64,000 nt of DNA from Macrostomum hystrix (taxonomy: Eukaryota > Animalia > Platyhelminthes). Positions within the stretch are counted from its first letter, which is position 1. Every line of letters begins with the position of its first letter. Below, one piece after another: positions 26,178 to 39,468 of this stretch. The stretch covers positions 17,980,001 to 18,044,000 of the forward strand of contig CATNEN010000001.1 of NCBI GenBank assembly GCA_950097015.1. Direction: 5' to 3'. The notes beneath the pieces were generated by a model. The model was not told where the DNA came from. It did no database searches and worked only from the letters and a program-made list of their open reading frames with translations. The position numbers and the translations under genes were made by a program.

Positions 26178-26929
26178 GGTCCTTGCAGCAGTTGTTTAAG
26201 AGTGTCTGTACTCTGCGTGTATTAGTTTATTTTCCAAGAGAATCTTTCTGAAGCTTTTCTGTTGGCCCCAGACGAACACTCACTTGCACACGTATATACG
26301 TATGTTCTAACGTCACTCAGTTTCATTTTACTCACCTTTGGCAGGGGGCTGGTTGGCCAGACTGAGTGACTCAATAGTCTAATGCGCGCATAATGGCTCC
26401 TTGTTTAATAGAGTACAGTTTTGGTAGATTTTTTCTATCTACTTAGGGTGAGGGACGAGATAGCACATGGTCATGCAAAACCTCAAGATCTCTCTCGAAA
26501 ACACATTACATTATGCTTTAGAAATCTTTTATTTAATTCTGTTTCTGTGTAGCCTAATCGAAAACGAACCTAGCGGAGCTAACACAGTATCAAAGAAATT
26601 TATTGAAGTGCTGTTCAGCACCAGATAATTCTTGAATTTGGCTTCTCGAGTGAGTGTTTATGCTAGCGCTACTAGCGCACATAGCGAATGAAGCATAGAT
26701 AGAATTTCAGCCATATCCTTAACAAAGCATTAGCAGCTACTCGTAACTTAAAAGTAAAACTTTTTTTTCCGCAAAAATAAGTTGATGACTACGTAAGTTG
26801 AACTGTATAAGGACAATCTTGCAGTAAGAATTTACGATTCTTGAATGAATCGATTTTAAGAGTGGATAACCGAATACAAAAGTACAGGCCGCGAATAATC
26901 AAATCTCGAAAGAGGTAAGAACCTCATGA

Positions 26930-27285
26930 CAGGATCTCACGAGAATCTCAATTCGAGATTCACAATCTCATGAGAATCTCATTCCTACGTACACGATCTC
27001 ACAAGAATCTCATTCTTGGTACACAATCTCATGAGAATCTCGCTCCTCGGTACACGATCCCGGAGAATCTCATTCCTAGGTACACAATCTCACAAGAATC
27101 TCATTCATAGGTACACGATCTCACAAGAATCTCATTCTTGGTACACAATCTCATGAGAATCTCGCTCCTCGGTACACGATCCCGGAGAATCTCATTCCCA
27201 GATACACAATCTCACAAGAATCTCATTCCTAGGTACACGATCTCATGAGAATCTCGCTCCTAGATTCACGATCTCACGAGAAACC
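26930..27285. repeat. ~30-bp degenerate tandem repeat (CACGAGAATCTCATTCCTAGGTACACAATCT) with an inverted counterpart at ~27720-27960
   Basis: GAGAATCTCA units on the left versus TGAGATTCTC units on the right. Confidence 0.75.
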
Positions 27286-28102
27286 ACCTCATGAAAATAT
27301 TATCCTCATATTATTACATCGCTCTTTTATGCAATCACATCTGTAAAAATTAGGGTAAAAAATTCACATTTTTCTAGCCATAACTGACAAAAATGCTAAT
27401 CTTCAATAGTGTTCCATTATAAATATTTTTTAGGTCGTAGAGTTAGGGCAAAAAATGGAAAGTCTAAGAAAACCATCAAACAGCTAACTTATATGCCAAA
27501 TACTGCAATTTATACGAGCTATATTAAAAATAATATTTCTGCAGATTATGTAATTTGTTGAAGATAAACACAAAAACGAACCGAATCACATTTTAAGGTG
27601 CAGCAAATAGAAGAGCAATTATTGTTTAATTCGCTGGCATTTTGCAACGGACAGTGCCATTTTTAATTAACGTGGCGTGCAGCCAAGTATTTCGACTTGT
27701 ACCCAGTAAAATACTCGAAGCTGAGATTCTCGTGGGATTTGCATCTCTAGGTTGAGATTCACATTGGTTGTGGATTTCTGAAGGGTGAGGTTTACTCTTC
27801 GAGTGAGATTCCCATGAGACGAATTTCTCTAGGTTTAGATTCTCATGAGACGAATTTCTCTAGGTTGAGATATCATGAGATCAACTATGTTAGGCAGTGA
27901 GATTCTCGTTAGGTTGATTTTCTAGACTGACATTCTCATGGTACAGATTGGATTTCTAGAAATTGACATTGTTAAAACGTGAATGTCTTAATTTGAACAG
28001 TTCGAATCCTTCAGAAGTTGGTCGTCTTGTCAATGGCTTGATGCGTTTGACGAATGCGTCAAGATATTAAAAATGTCATGTCGAGGTTCATGACAGGAAC
28101 CG

Positions 28103-30239
28103 CTACCAATAGCGCACGAGGCAGTTCAGGGAGCCCCGCCTGGCCAGCACGATGATGACAGGAATCAGCACCGGGGACAACGGAATGGACAAGCCTAGCA
28201 GGGCGACTGCCAAGGCTCCGACCACTGCGCTGCTCAGAATGAGTCCGGCTGTTCGAAGGACTGTCAAGAGAATGGGGTAACGCCAGTCAACATATGAGTC
28301 CTAACTTTTCCAAGCATGTGGAGATAGTCGAAAACTCAATCCGCAGCTCACCGAAGAGTGTACCGCGAACGAAGCGTCTCAAGTCTGGATTATTCGGCTT
28401 GTAGATCTGCCTGCAGCCGAAGACGCTGAGCCTGTCAGAGTGCGAGCCGAAGACGCTCCAGCGCACGAAGGGCACCCGGAGCTGTCGGACCCGCCAGCGC
28501 TTGCTGCACAGGTAGCAGAACTCGTGCTGGCAGTGGCCGCATGTCATGTGGTTGCAGCCGTCGTTCTTCTCGATCATCGCCCGGCACTTCGGACACCGGC
28601 GCGCCTTCCTCAGGCCGGAGTTCTCCATCTGCTTGGCCCAGTCCTCCAGCAGGTGCACCCCGGACTGGAAGCGTCGGCATGACAGTCCCGGGTGCGCCGG
28701 CGAGTGGCAGTCGAAGCACCACACGTAGTCGCACTGGGCGCACTTCACCGTGACGCCGCCGAGCTCCTTCTGGCTGCGGCCCGAGCGGAATCGCCGCTGG
28801 CCGCGGGGTCTCTGAGCCATGCAGCTGCAGCGGGGACAGTCCCTCTCGTGGCTGTTGGCGCCGCGTCGACGTGCCAGCAGCTGCTCGCGACGTTCCATGT
28901 CCGACTCGCTCAGCAGGTGGTGCAGCTGAGACACCGTCAGGACGGCTGAGCAGCCCGGACAGCCCAGCTTCGCGTTCACCTCCGTCAGGTGGTCGCTCAG
29001 CCACCGGTGCAGGCAGGAGACGCACACTGAAGCCTGGCAGCAGCCGCCGCGCCACAGAAGGTCGTCGGACTCTCCGCAGCAGATGTCACACTGACCCAGC
29101 GCGTACTGGCCGTCCGACGCCTGCAGGTTCCGCTGGTCCTGAGAATCTGCGGCTCGCTTCTGCAGCTCGTGCAGGGCGGCGCTGAACAGGGCGTGGAACT
29201 CTGTGCTCCCGGTGCAGCGCCGCAGCTGCTGGTGGCCCTCCGGCCAGGCAGTGAGCCTCTGCAGGATGTTGCCCGCTGAGCTGCACTGCAGCAGCTCGGC
29301 CGTTCGGGCGCTCTGTCTATCACCGGTGTGTTGGCAAGAAACCATTCCAACGGACTGAACGATGTCGTATACCAGTCCAATAGGCATACTCTCTAATATC
29401 GAGTCCCCAGACTCTTTGAACAGCATCTGCATTGTCAAGGCAACCGAGTTTCTGGTATCGAACACGTCGCTGCTATTTTGTTCTTCGGATACCGGCTTAA
29501 CTGTTGCCGCTTCGTCTACCAGCTCAACTGTTGCCCCTTCGCCTACTAGCTCAACTGTTGCCGCTTCGTCTACCAGCTCAACTGTTGAAGCTTCTTCTAC
29601 CAGCTCAACTGTTGCCCCTTCGCTTACTGGCTCAACTGTTGCCGCTTCGTCTACCAGCTCAACTGTTGCCGCTTCGTCTACCAGCTCAACTGTTGCCGCT
29701 TCGTCTACCAGCTCAACTGTTGCCGCTTCGTCTACCAGCTCAACTGTTGCCGCTTCGTCTACCAGCTCAACTGTTGAAGCTTCTTCTACCAGCTCAACTG
29801 TTGCCCCTTCGCCTACTAGCTCAACTGTTGCCGCTTCGTCTACTAGCTCAATTGTTGCCGCTTCGTCTACCAGCTCAACTGTTGCCGCTTCGTCTACCAG
29901 CTCAACTGTTGCCGCTTCGTCTACCAGCTCAACTGTTGCCGCTTCGTCTACCAGCTCAACTGTTGCCGCTTCGTCTACCAGCTCAACTGCTGCTGCTTCG
30001 CTTTCTAATTTATCTACTGACACACTGTCTGAGCCTGCGGACTCAGAACTCTGATCTTCATGCTGATTTAGCAACAATTCCTCTTTGTGTTGAGATAGTT
30101 GAAACTCGACGTGAGTTTGTTGATTTTGCTCCAGAATTTCTCTTTCACCAACTCCAAGACCGTCCGGTCTGTGCGTGCGCTGCTCAAATTCTACGCTGTG
30201 ATTGGCAGACTTCGTCGATCTTGACAAGTTTTTCAACAT
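28103..30239 (-). CDS. RNF217: RBR E3 ubiquitin ligase, RNF217-like, copy B, with acidic N-terminal 9-aa repeats
   Basis: Exon 1 30239-28352 (TTCG|GTGAGC); exon 2 28260-28103 (TTGACAG|, VLRTAGLILSSAVVGALAVALLGLSIPLSPVLIPVIIVLARRGSLNCLVRYW*). Same intron position and same 158-nt exon 2 length as copy A. Confidence 0.9.
29498..29998 (-). repeat. In-frame 27-bp coding minisatellite, (ELVDEAATV)n, about 18 copies
   Basis: Unit CAGCTCAACTGTTGCCGCTTCGTCTAC on the + strand, within the RBR-B ORF. Confidence 0.9.
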
Positions 30240-31349
30240 ATTTTGTTTGTTGAAACCGAAGTAATGTGGTGAATGTGAAACGTATCAGAACTGTTCTATT
30301 TATAATTAACTAAAAACACAGCAACTGTTCGTGGTGTGCTCATACTTATAATTCTCAGAATAAACAGTGCTCAGCTAGTGCTAGTTAACACAACTGCAAA
30401 CCCATCGCAGTTTTTCGTCCAAATTCTAACCAGTTGTCCAGGCAGAGACACTAATTCTTTCTCCCTTTACTCGTTCCAACGTGCAGACTCAGCATTTACA
30501 ATTTCTAACAAGGTATTTAAGTTTCCTACTGCAACTCGGATAGCCTAAGAGATGCGTGGCTACTGCTCAGGAACAAACAACCTCCCATTAATGTACATAC
30601 TCGTATTTTAAAGGCTATTAGATTGGCCGACAATTGAATTTTCTTGGGTCTATACAGCTTATTAAGTATGAAAGAAAACTGCGACAAAATGAAACTTACT
30701 AAGTTTCAGAAGCAGACATAAAGCCTATTTTTAGAAGGTTTATTAGCATCAAGAGAGGGAGCATTAAAAGTGAGCAAACAATGACGTCGATTTTGAGTAG
30801 TATAGCATACATTCAGTAGTAGAAAGCGATACTGGGATGTAGGATTTATCTTTGCCGGACTTAAAATTAACCGAAGTGAAGAACTTGATGTTGGAGGTAT
30901 CGTTTAAGGTTTTTACTTCAGAAAAAGTCTGTAAGATCAGTAAGAAAATGTCCTAAATGCCGAATCGTATATTTGTTTAATAAAAAATGCTATTCACGAC
31001 TAGTAAAGACAAAATGCAGTAAAAATCACTAGCCATATACAAAAACTGAATAGATGCACTGTTCTGTTACCCAATAACAACTCATACGTACTGTCAACTG
31101 ACCACATTGCTGATTCCATTGAAGTCCATTTGATCTGTGGAATGAATAAAAGAGAACTAAAATTAGATTTCCTCATTTTTATTTGCTTGGCAAGCCCTAG
31201 TACCAGCACTAAACTCCAATAATCCACGCACCGATTCAAGTTTTGTTATGGATTACGACACTACTTAAGTCCATGTAACGACATAAAAATGTTCGTACGG
31301 GTGTTTACCTGAACAATCAACAGCTAAAAATTGATGTTGTAAAACCTCA

Positions 31350-32480
31350 GGGTATGTAGGGCAGCTAATAAAGGACAGAAACCAGAGGGGTGTGTATGGT
31401 CAGCTAATAACGGACAGAGAAACCCGAGGGGTGTATATTCAGCTAATAACGGACAGAGAAACCCGTGGGGTGTGTATGGTCAGCTAATAACGGACAGAGA
31501 AACCCGAGGGGTGTATATTCAGCTAATAACGGACAGAGAAACCCGTGGGGTGTGTATGGTCAGCTAATAACGGACAGAGAAACCCGAGGGGTGTATATTC
31601 AGCTAATAACGGACAGAGAAACCCGCGGGGTGTGTATGGTCAGCTAATAACGGGCAGAGAAACTCGCGGGGTGTGTATGGTCAGCTAATAACGGACAGAG
31701 AAACCCGCGGGGTGTGTATGGTCAGCTAATAACAGACACAGAAACCCGAGGGGTGTGTATGGTCAGCTAATAACAGACACAGAAACCCGAGGGGTGTGTA
31801 AGGTCAGCTAATAACAGACACAGAAACCCGCGGGGTGTGTATGGTCAGCTAATAACAGACACAGAAACCCGCGGGGTGTGTATGGTCAGCTAATAACAGA
31901 CACAGAAACCCGCGGGGTGTGTATGGTCAGCTAATAACAGACACAGAAACCCGAGGGGTGTGTATGGTCAGCTAATAACAGACACAGAAACCCGCGGGGT
32001 GTGTATGGTCAGCTAATAACAGACACAGAAACCCGCGGGGTGTGTATGGTCAGCTAATAACAGACACAGAAACCCGAGGGGTGTGTATGGTCAGCTAATA
32101 ACAGACACAGAAACCCGCGGGGTGTGTATGGTCAGCTAATAACAGACACAGAAACCCGCGGGGTGTGTATGGTCAGCTAATAACAGACACAGAAACCCGA
32201 GGGGTGTGTATGGTCAGCTAATAACAGACACAGAAACCCGAGGGGTGTGTATGGTCAGCTAATAACAGACACAGAAACCCGCGGGGTGTGTATGGTCAGC
32301 TAATAACAGACACAGAAACCCGAGGGGTGTGTAAGGTCAGCTAATAACACACAGAAACCCGCGGGGTGTGTATGGTCAGCTAATAACAGACACAGAAACC
32401 CGAGGGGTGTGTATGGTCAGCTAATAACAGACACAGAAACCCGAGGGGTGTGTATGGTGAGCTAATAACAGACACAGAAA
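31350..32480. repeat. ~41-bp minisatellite (GGGTGTGTATGGTCAGCTAATAACAGACACAGAAACCCGCG)
   Basis: Directly visible; contiguous units with no spacers. Confidence 0.96.
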
Positions 32481-34398
32481 GCCGATCTTATAAGTGTGAC
32501 AGAAACGTTTGCATAAAAAATCATCATAAAACTAGCATAGTAAATAGAATAGTTTTCGGTGGATTCTGTCATAGGTATAATGACGCAAACGAGTGAACGC
32601 ATCGTTAAATGGACACTGGAGAGTTCTCCAGTGTCATCTGCGATATGCTGCGTTACAGCTAAATTTTGTACTCTTTTTGTTTCCCACTGCTGATGCATTA
32701 ATAAGGTCATTTCAATAAAGTCAGCAAAAAGCTTTTTTCTTAATGCATACAGTAATTTACACTTAAGACTCGACTATGGACCGAGTAGTACGGCTACTCT
32801 TACTTAAGCAAATGGTATAAAATACTATTCTTAGACGCTTAGTGGCATAATAGCATATAAAGCTCTAGAATACTACTGTCAGTCGTTTATAATCTATAGC
32901 TTATTGCCTACTTGAAATTTCAATGATTAAGAGTAATGATTCTAACGATATACAAGTTAGATAAAACAAAAAACGAAGTCAGAAGACAAAAAAGTTCAAT
33001 AAAGACAGTTATTTTTCCCTTAAGACACAAATATTACTTTGTAATAACAACAGCGAACAGGGAACGCAATAATTGCTTGCCTTTCAATTATTCTTCTTGC
33101 GATAGCAACATATTTTATTTTTAGTTATTAAACTATTGTTAAAAATAGAGACACTTTACACAAAATTATTTATGACAGGTTAACAAAAATAAACGGATAC
33201 CGATCAACTATACGATAGACTTCACCTAGCTTATCTTGACGAGGAAAAAACTAAACAAAGTAGTATTATACCTTTTTACTTTAGAATACAAAAAGCTAGC
33301 TCATAATAGGTTAATTTTAAATAACAACAAACAACGCGCCTAGAGAGAATATATTGTGTATAGATATATATAAGCATTTTAGGCAAAGTTAAAACTGCTG
33401 AAATCATAAATTACTTTACTTTACACAACGTTTCCTAAAAGTCTAGCTTTATTAAGTGCGTATTCAAAATCTGAGCACTGAAATAATAAACAGATGCATA
33501 ATATAAAGACTGAAATAAGGAGCTAAATACAATGAGCTAATAAACCCTGTTTCAAGATGAAACCTTGTTGAACTATGAATTTTCTGTGCAAAAGTAACTT
33601 GCGACGTGAAAAGGCATTCTAAATGTGTTAAAATTTAGCAAAAAAATTTAGGAAAGGGAAAACTGGTTAGTCAATAAATTAAAATAAACTAACATAACCT
33701 CAAATTACTAATAACTAGGCCAATTAAAGTATTGATATTTAGAATTTATGATTAGTTGATCAAAAGCCGATATACCTGTCCACTATATAGCATGGTGACG
33801 GCTGTAATATATTGTACTTCCAACAGCATTGAGGATCGATACATAACACTACTAGAGCCTCACTAACCCTGTTTAGAATGGTATTTCTTTATGAAAGAAA
33901 CAAATATATATAAACAGACGGTTGCTATGCAGATCAGTTTTGCATACAATTATAATAATTAGTTACAATAAAGGTAGGGGCATTGTTAATTAAAAATAGA
34001 ACTTATTAGATTTCAGCGTCAACTCCTTGCGAGTTGACAGAATCATTTATGCACAGAGATGACAAAAATAGTATTTTTCCATAAAAATGATATTTTTTAT
34101 AGCCATAGGACATTGCCGAATGCCAGAATAAGCTGAGTGTTTTTTTATTCTGTTTCTGTGGCCAAACAGAGACAAATAACTGCAAATAATAGAGAGGGCA
34201 AATGCATGGATAAGTTATAAATAGTACACCAATTTACTATCATATATTTGAGATTTGAGCAGTAAATTTATTTTAAGACTAACGATTTAGTGTAAGTATA
34301 GATTACTCAGCTAATTATTTGCTAATCGTCTGTACAAAAATTAGAACAAAAGTTGCTAATTAGTAAACAAAGAACTTACCTTGTTTAAATTATTCAAG

Positions 34399-37300
34399 TT
34401 AATCTTGCTGACCTCCATTCTTAGCAACAACCGGAGGCTTTGAAATAGTTGCAGCATCTGTTGGCGCGGCCTGCTGTTGAGCAGCCGGCGGCTGCTGCGG
34501 CGCTGACTGCTGTTGCAGCTTGAAGTTGACCACGGCAGTGTCATTGGGATCAATGGGCTTGTTGCTAAAGGACAATTTGGCGTGAAATTTAGTCTTCTCG
34601 CCAACCTTCACCTCGGCATGGTTGGATCGCATCAGGGCCAGGACGGCGTTTTCAACGGTATCGAATTCGACTAGGCCTGTGAGTACAGTGAGCAGTGTTA
34701 AGCGTGAGATAATCTGTCTAACCAATCGTCATTGAGCATTGCTTTAATTTAACCGAGAGTCTGATGACAGGTGCTAAAACTAGAAGTATCTCTTAGATAA
34801 CATATTAGACATTAATTTTCCTTACGCGAAGATAGACATTAATCCTCTGTTCGATAATCTATGGGACTTTAATCCTCCGTAAGATAGTCTAGTGGTAATG
34901 AGCCCTTGTAAAGTAATACCGTACTTGTCATAGACTTCTTAGCAAGATAAACTAACCAGAAACTACTGACCATAACTATTTATTCAATTGACATAATTAG
35001 TCACTTTAAGTGCCCAGGTAATCCGGCAAATAAAGGAACAATTTCCTAAAGAAGCACTCACCCAGGGCAGCCCGCTGATCCTGCTGCTTGGGCTTGAATA
35101 CAACGGCTCTATCGGGCATGGGTCCGCCATTTTGCATGAAGAAATTGCGCAGATCCTCCTCAGTTGTGCCCAGCGGAAAGTTAAAGAAGTGCAGAGTCTT
35201 AGTTGGAGCAACTAGGCGAGACTTTGTAAACATATCCGGCCGCTTAAATCTGTTATTAATGCTATCCTCGTAGCATACAGAAATGGGCGTGCCGTTTTCC
35301 ATCAGGTCTGGCTTGGCGGAAACCTAGAAAAAAAGACGCGTTTGATAAGTTATTCAACATCGGATCAAAGCACCGATTTATTATTTAAAGGCTAGTAGCA
35401 AAGGCGATAACGCGTCGGACTCTCGACTTCAAGGTTGGGGGTTCGATTCCTGACTCCTATAGATTAAATTTGTCTCTTATCGAGACTCTTAACACTAGAT
35501 TGCTGGGTCCTAGACTGTTTTCGGGTTTTATCACGTCTTAGTTTTTAGGTATATGCAGTTTAGTCTCAGTACTTAGTACTATTTTGGCATATTATAGGCA
35601 CTGACCTGAACCTCAGGCTGTTTACTGCGACACACTTCAACCTTTTGGCCAAAGATGGTCAGCCCGCAGAGATTGTCCACAACGAAGCCGCTCTGCTCCG
35701 ATGTGCCCATTTGAACCATGGCGCAGCCATCGCGAGATTTCAGAAATTTAATGCGAGCCACATTGCCATAGAGGCAGGTGATATTAAAGATGTTCTGACA
35801 GGTGAGGCCGGGTGGCAGATTGTAGGCCATGACAACGGTGCCTTCGCCTTTCTGAAACATCCATGACTGATCTGCCGGATTATAGTGCTGCTGCTGCTGT
35901 TGCTGCGGCGGCATAGGGCCACCCATCATCATTGGGCCGCCGGCCATACCTGGATGCTGATGATAGGGCGGCGGCTGCTGCATCTGGTAGCTGGCAGCCG
36001 GATGCTGCTGCTGAGGCGGAGGACCCGGGTGTGGCGGCGCCGCGCCTAGCAGGGGAGTCTTCTCCATTCCCAAGTTGGGATTAGTAAAGTCGTAGGATTC
36101 CGCGTCATTTTTATAGACCTGAAGCACTGGCAGATGACTAACGGTGATGTTTAGAGTGCAACAGCCGCTGTAGATATCGGCGCCATTTAAGCTCTCGATA
36201 GCCTTGTTAGCGTCGCCAACGTTTTCAAACTCCACCTAGAATGCAGTGAAAACAGGTAGACAAATTAGGAGAGCTGACTGCAGAATTTCTAAGCTTTTTA
36301 AGAGGCGCATTTAATATCTTCCATTCAGAAAAAAACGACGTGCTACATGGGCAAATTATGTGAATGAATATAGAACATATTCGCAAAATAAAAACCGCGC
36401 TTACCAAAGCTTCCAAAGAATTGTCCGGCTTCTTAGGTCCAATGCTGACGCGCAGCAGGTTACCATTGGGTGAACAGATGGCCTTCATAACGTCCACAGT
36501 GATGGGATAGGTGGCGTTGGTGATGCTGAATAGCAGTACTCTGCCAGGCAGGCCTTGCAGTGCCAGGCTAGGTGCAGCAGGAATTTGCGCCTGCGGCGGC
36601 GGAACCTGGGACTGCTGCTGCATTGGCGGCATCTGCTGATGCATCGGATGCATTGGCGGCATACCCATTGGTGGCATGTGATGCGGCGGAGGCGGGCCCA
36701 TCATCATGCCATTCTCACCGCCGGGTCCGCCTGGATGCGGCCAGTAGCCCAGGACAGAGAATGACGTCACTGGGGTGCCCTTCTTGCGAATGATATTTGG
36801 ACTGTTGCCAAATGCCATCTTGACTGGTGTTGTACCGATATAGAATGTGTTCACCTTAGACTGGGCAACCATCATCTTCGAGACGTTGATGTCGTCGAAT
36901 TCAACTAGGGCGGTGCGACCAGAGCCGAGACGGAGCATGTCAACAATGTTGCCATAGCGACTAAATAGGGCCACAATGTCGCCATCATTGATAGCACTAG
37001 TCAGGTCCATGATTAGGATCACTTTGCTGGGAGCGCATTCCTCCAGCTTGAACCGTTTCTGTTTAAATGCGTTGGAAAAAGTTTTTAGATAGGAAGCAAT
37101 ATGCAAGAATAAAAAGCAACAAATCAACAATGTTACAAGCTTTGAAATGCCACGTCTAAGTTTTTTAAGATGCCTGAATCTTGTAGCAGATAGTTCATAA
37201 CTTTTAAAGCATATTGCAACATGGCTTAGCAGAAACTAGCTTATGCCAATTCTGCCTTTTACCCTACCAAAGAACTAAACAATGTAACTTTGAGTTACCT

Positions 37301-39468
37301 TACATTTTTGCTAAAAATAGTTAAAAGATTATTTTATAGTGAAGTTACTTAAAATAATGTGACAGATATTTTTTAAATACAAATGGAACTAGGTTGCCCA
37401 GCAATATTTACTATCTTTGCTATTTTGTACTTATGCTTTGGCTTAGGGTTGTTCGGAGTACCCAACCAAAAACTAGATTTTAAGGAAATTTTTTATCCCA
37501 ACCCTACCTAAACTCTGAAATTTTATTGCTTTGCAAATTGGTTAACAGATTCAGTAGCAGATTTCTAGAAATGAGTTGCAGTAGAAATTATTTTAAACTG
37601 TGCCCTAGATGCAACTATTGAAAAAAAACTAATTCAAATATTTGAATTGCAGTACTATAAAAGTAAAATGCACACATAAATTGACCAGGTTCTGTTAACA
37701 TAATTTAGAATTTAAATTTACTGTCAATAAAAAACCAAATATAAGCTTATTATTATGTAATGTAGGGGTTAAAGTGAGCTGTTTGCAAAAATTATAAAAA
37801 AGCAGAAAAATAGGCAAATATTTGTCTAGCTTTTGTGAAGTTTAAAAGGTTGTTACTTAACAAATTTATTAAAATACAAAGTGATCAGCAGCCAAAGTTA
37901 CAAGACTACAAAGTTAGGGCATAGAAAAGTGAAATGTCTATTTGTGAAAATGCAAATAAAGTGTAGATTGAATTTTCTTGTTTAAATATGCTCCTTGAAA
38001 CAAAACAAAGTATATGGTGTGAAAACATAGTAGTAAGATAGAAATGTTTTTTTTGCTAATTTAGAAGAAATATTTTTGCTTTTTTTCTGCCAGTTTCTAT
38101 GGAGTGCTTTGCAAAATAGAGTTAAATTTTAATTTCTTTGTGCATAATAAACTGATTAATAAAAATATACTAAACACAGCATTTCCTCTGTAGAAATGAG
38201 CTTGACAATATGAGGTATAACATTTTTAATGAAAAAAACTATGTATTTGCTCAAAAAGGATATGTAACTTTTTTCATCATTTTTATAGGTATGCTTGACT
38301 TTGGCAACAGCCTACAAGCAGTTTACACTGCTCATCAGTAGGAATGGAAGTCACAAGTACATAAAAAGTACATAAACTTGTTAGAATTGGTTAAATAGAA
38401 AAAAGTTGAAGTAGGGTAATGTATCATCAACCAAACAAGAATATGGATTTTTTTAACTTCAAACCTAAGCTACAGATTTTCTATTCAAGATATGATGATA
38501 AATCAAAAGCCAAGTTATAGAAAACATTTATAACTTTCTAAAAAGTATATGCTTTTGCTATTTTGTCAAATAGGAAATTTTTTTCATGTTTTTCATGTTA
38601 AACAGAACAATGATTTTCATATATCTTCAAACTGAATAGAGAATTTGATGTTTGGTTTTACAATTTGAGTGAGTGGTTTAATCTTATTTTAAGGAGTGAA
38701 CTATCATGAATTATGTCATTTGATAGCATTTTTCATGCTCTATAAATAACAACATTTATGGTCATTTAATTGGAAAGCAACCACATACAATCTTAGTCTA
38801 AAGTACATGCTGATAAAATGTTGTTAAAAAGTATGCTTTTGTGATAAAAAAATGTCCATATCTTTCCTTCCTTTTAATGCTTCATTGCATGTCATGCCTC
38901 AGCTTATAGATAATTTCTTTGACCTTTAAATTAGTTGTTCTGTGAAACACAATAGCTTGTTTCTTTCTTACATGAGACCAAGGAAGGAGTTAAAATTATT
39001 GTTCTGTTTTGAAGATACTATTCGGTTGATGATACATTACCCTAAGACACTGAAAGTAGCATAACTTTCTTACTCTATGACCAATTTTTTTATGAGGCCA
39101 TTTTGAAACCATGTGACCAAGATTTACACAACAAAGTAAAAAACATACAAAACATCTAACTGTTTAAAGCTTACTGGAATCCTTAAGTAAAGATAATTGT
39201 ATAAACTATATAGCAAGTTCGCATACCTTATAAGACTAGGCCTAATTTTTCAGTCTTTAAATATTTCGTTAAAGGAAACAAATATAAGGAACTTTGAACC
39301 ATAGCCATATGTCAGAGCTATATACAAATAAGCTATTTACGTATAGTTATTAATTATTATAAACTTGTACGTTGTTGCAAACAATTGATAGGAGCAACAG
39401 AAGCATTTAACCTAGACTATATCTAATAAGCTTGATTTACAATCTTTTCTTACCGCTTCAGTAGCCAT
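34399..39468 (-). CDS. HNRNPL: Heterogeneous nuclear ribonucleoprotein L (smooth) homolog, 4 RRMs
   Basis: Exons 39468-39454 (MATEA|GTAAG), 37058-36405, 36235-35606, 35323-35062 and 34676-34399 join in frame with GT-AG boundaries. Hallmarks: YPITVDV..IC, SLNGADIYSGCCTL, LYGNVARIKFLKS..GCAMVQMG, PTKTLHFFNFP, GLVEF....AV.AL...NH. The first mini-exon is less certain. Confidence 0.93.
35390..35505 (+). mobile_element. Degenerate SINE family A 5' fragment in hnRNP L intron 3
   Basis: GCGTCGGACTCTCGACTTCAAGGTTGGGGGTTCGATTCCTGACTCC...TTTGTCTCTTATCGAGACTCTTAAC matches the head of the 9780-10048 SINE. Confidence 0.7.

Noticed and set aside
24646-29380. Many overlapping ORFs across the RBR genes (likewise across the lectin-like genes)
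   Set aside because: Expected antisense or out-of-frame ORFs in GC-rich coding DNA; they are duplicated only because the tract is duplicated.
31350-32480. CRISPR-like appearance of regular 30-45 bp repeats (also 46939 and 55740)
   Set aside because: Units are contiguous with no unique spacers, there are no cas genes, and the context is eukaryotic.
38290-38345. Hammerhead-like CTGATGA plus stem (GCAGT-GTAA-ACTGC) on the - strand in hnRNP L intron 1
   Set aside because: The required GAAA after stem II is absent and no stems I/III were found.
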